DNA of 61,438 nt, the filler included, from an uncultured bacterium (GTDB lineage: Bacteria; CAYJOG01): the NCBI GenBank assembly GCA_964371695.1. It is 4 parts of 4 records of this genome, joined end to end, with 100 filler letters (N's around TTAATTAATTAA, not from the genome) between each part and the next. Parts side by side here need not be neighbours in the genome. Positions count along the whole stretch, not along the records: positions 46,629 to 61,438 come from CAYJOG010000020.1; 3 more parts are not named here. One strand, given 5' to 3'. A model generated the notes under the pieces. The model did not search any database and was not told the origin of the DNA. It saw only the letters and a list, made by a program, of their open reading frames with translations. The translations under genes were made by a program, and so were the position numbers. Below, one piece after another: positions 60,850-61,438 of the stretch; positions within the stretch are counted from its first letter, which is position 1, and each line of letters opens with the position of its first letter.

Positions 60850-61437
60850 TCAGTTCAAAGGCACGTCGGGCACACGTTTGAGCACCAGGGCGTTGCTGAT
60901 TTTGCGTTGTGCGCCGTCTGAGGGCCGGTTCACCACCACGCCGCCAATCACCATGGTGCTGCTGCCGCCGCCATCCATGCACACCGCGTCGGTGGTGCCA
61001 AAGGTTTGCAGATACTGCGCCAGTTCGGCATAACTGGCCCCCACGCTGTAACCCTTTCGCCGGCCATCCACCACCACCATCAGCAGTTTGTTGTCAATGG
61101 TGCGCCCCACCGCCGTGAGGGGGTTGCGGGTGTAGGGCGAATAATGAAAACCCTCCTGATAAGAGGTGATGTTCACCATGCCTTTTTTGAGCAGCGTTGG
61201 CCCGCCGGTGATGACCTGTGTCACGTTTTCCCATTCCCGACGAATGGAAAACACAAAACGGATGGGCTCGCCCCGCTTGAGTGTGCGGGCCAGACTCGCC
61301 TGGGGGCCGTGCAGGGAGATAACGTAACCGTCATAGGGAATCAGAGAATTGCCCCCCGCCACCACCTGCTGCACCCGGTAGCCCTTCACCACCAGTTCCA
61401 GCCCAAAAGGATTCGTATTGGTGCGCTCCCCGTAATA
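60850..61437 (-). CDS. Phosphodiester glycosidase (NAGPA) family protein, C-terminal part (5' end outside window)
   Basis: GGPTLL, NPLTAVG, VVDGR and MDGGGSSTM. Confidence 0.88.
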   Translation of the reverse strand, partial: YYGERTNTNPFGLELVVKGYRVQQVVAGGNSLIPYDGYVISLHGPQASLARTLKRGEPIRFVFSIRREWENVTQVITGGPTLLKKGMVNITSYQEGFHYSPYTRNPLTAVGRTIDNKLLMVVVDGRRKGYSVGASYAELAQYLQTFGTTDAVCMDGGGSSTMVIGGVVVNRPSDGAQRKISNALVLKRVPDVPLN

Positions 61438-61438
61438 A

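Overview
The window joins four unrelated bacterial contigs, probably from a draft genome or MAG, with N44-TTAATTAATTAA-N44 spacers. The contigs are 1-15860, 15961-31363, 31464-46528 and 46629-61438, so gene neighbourhoods cannot be read across the gaps. Contig 1 is a translationally coupled minus-strand operon of three large, probably extracellular proteins. They are a >2190-aa NHL/Ig-repeat/TolB-like protein, a 603-aa propeller+Ig protein, and a >=2491-aa ORF that the ORF track misses because it runs off the window. That ORF joins a signal peptide, propeller-like region, two prodomains, an intact S8 subtilase, a low-GC amphipathic/helical cargo-like segment, FlgD-type Ig domains and YD/RHS repeats. 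The other contigs are mostly housekeeping: addAB, polA, rsmE, the tail of a cbb3-like oxidase operon, mgtC, lipA, ppx with a thymidylate-kinase-like pair, NTT-HEAT, a secretin, GH36, ALDH, iolD-like, MFS and birA. Two AT-rich accessory inserts stand out: a HigB-HigA-SecB-like (TAC) module whose toxin carries an in-frame TGA, and an orphan class-III-cyclase-like gene. Intergenic DNA is dense with several palindromic repeat families, and one family is inserted in frame twice inside addB.
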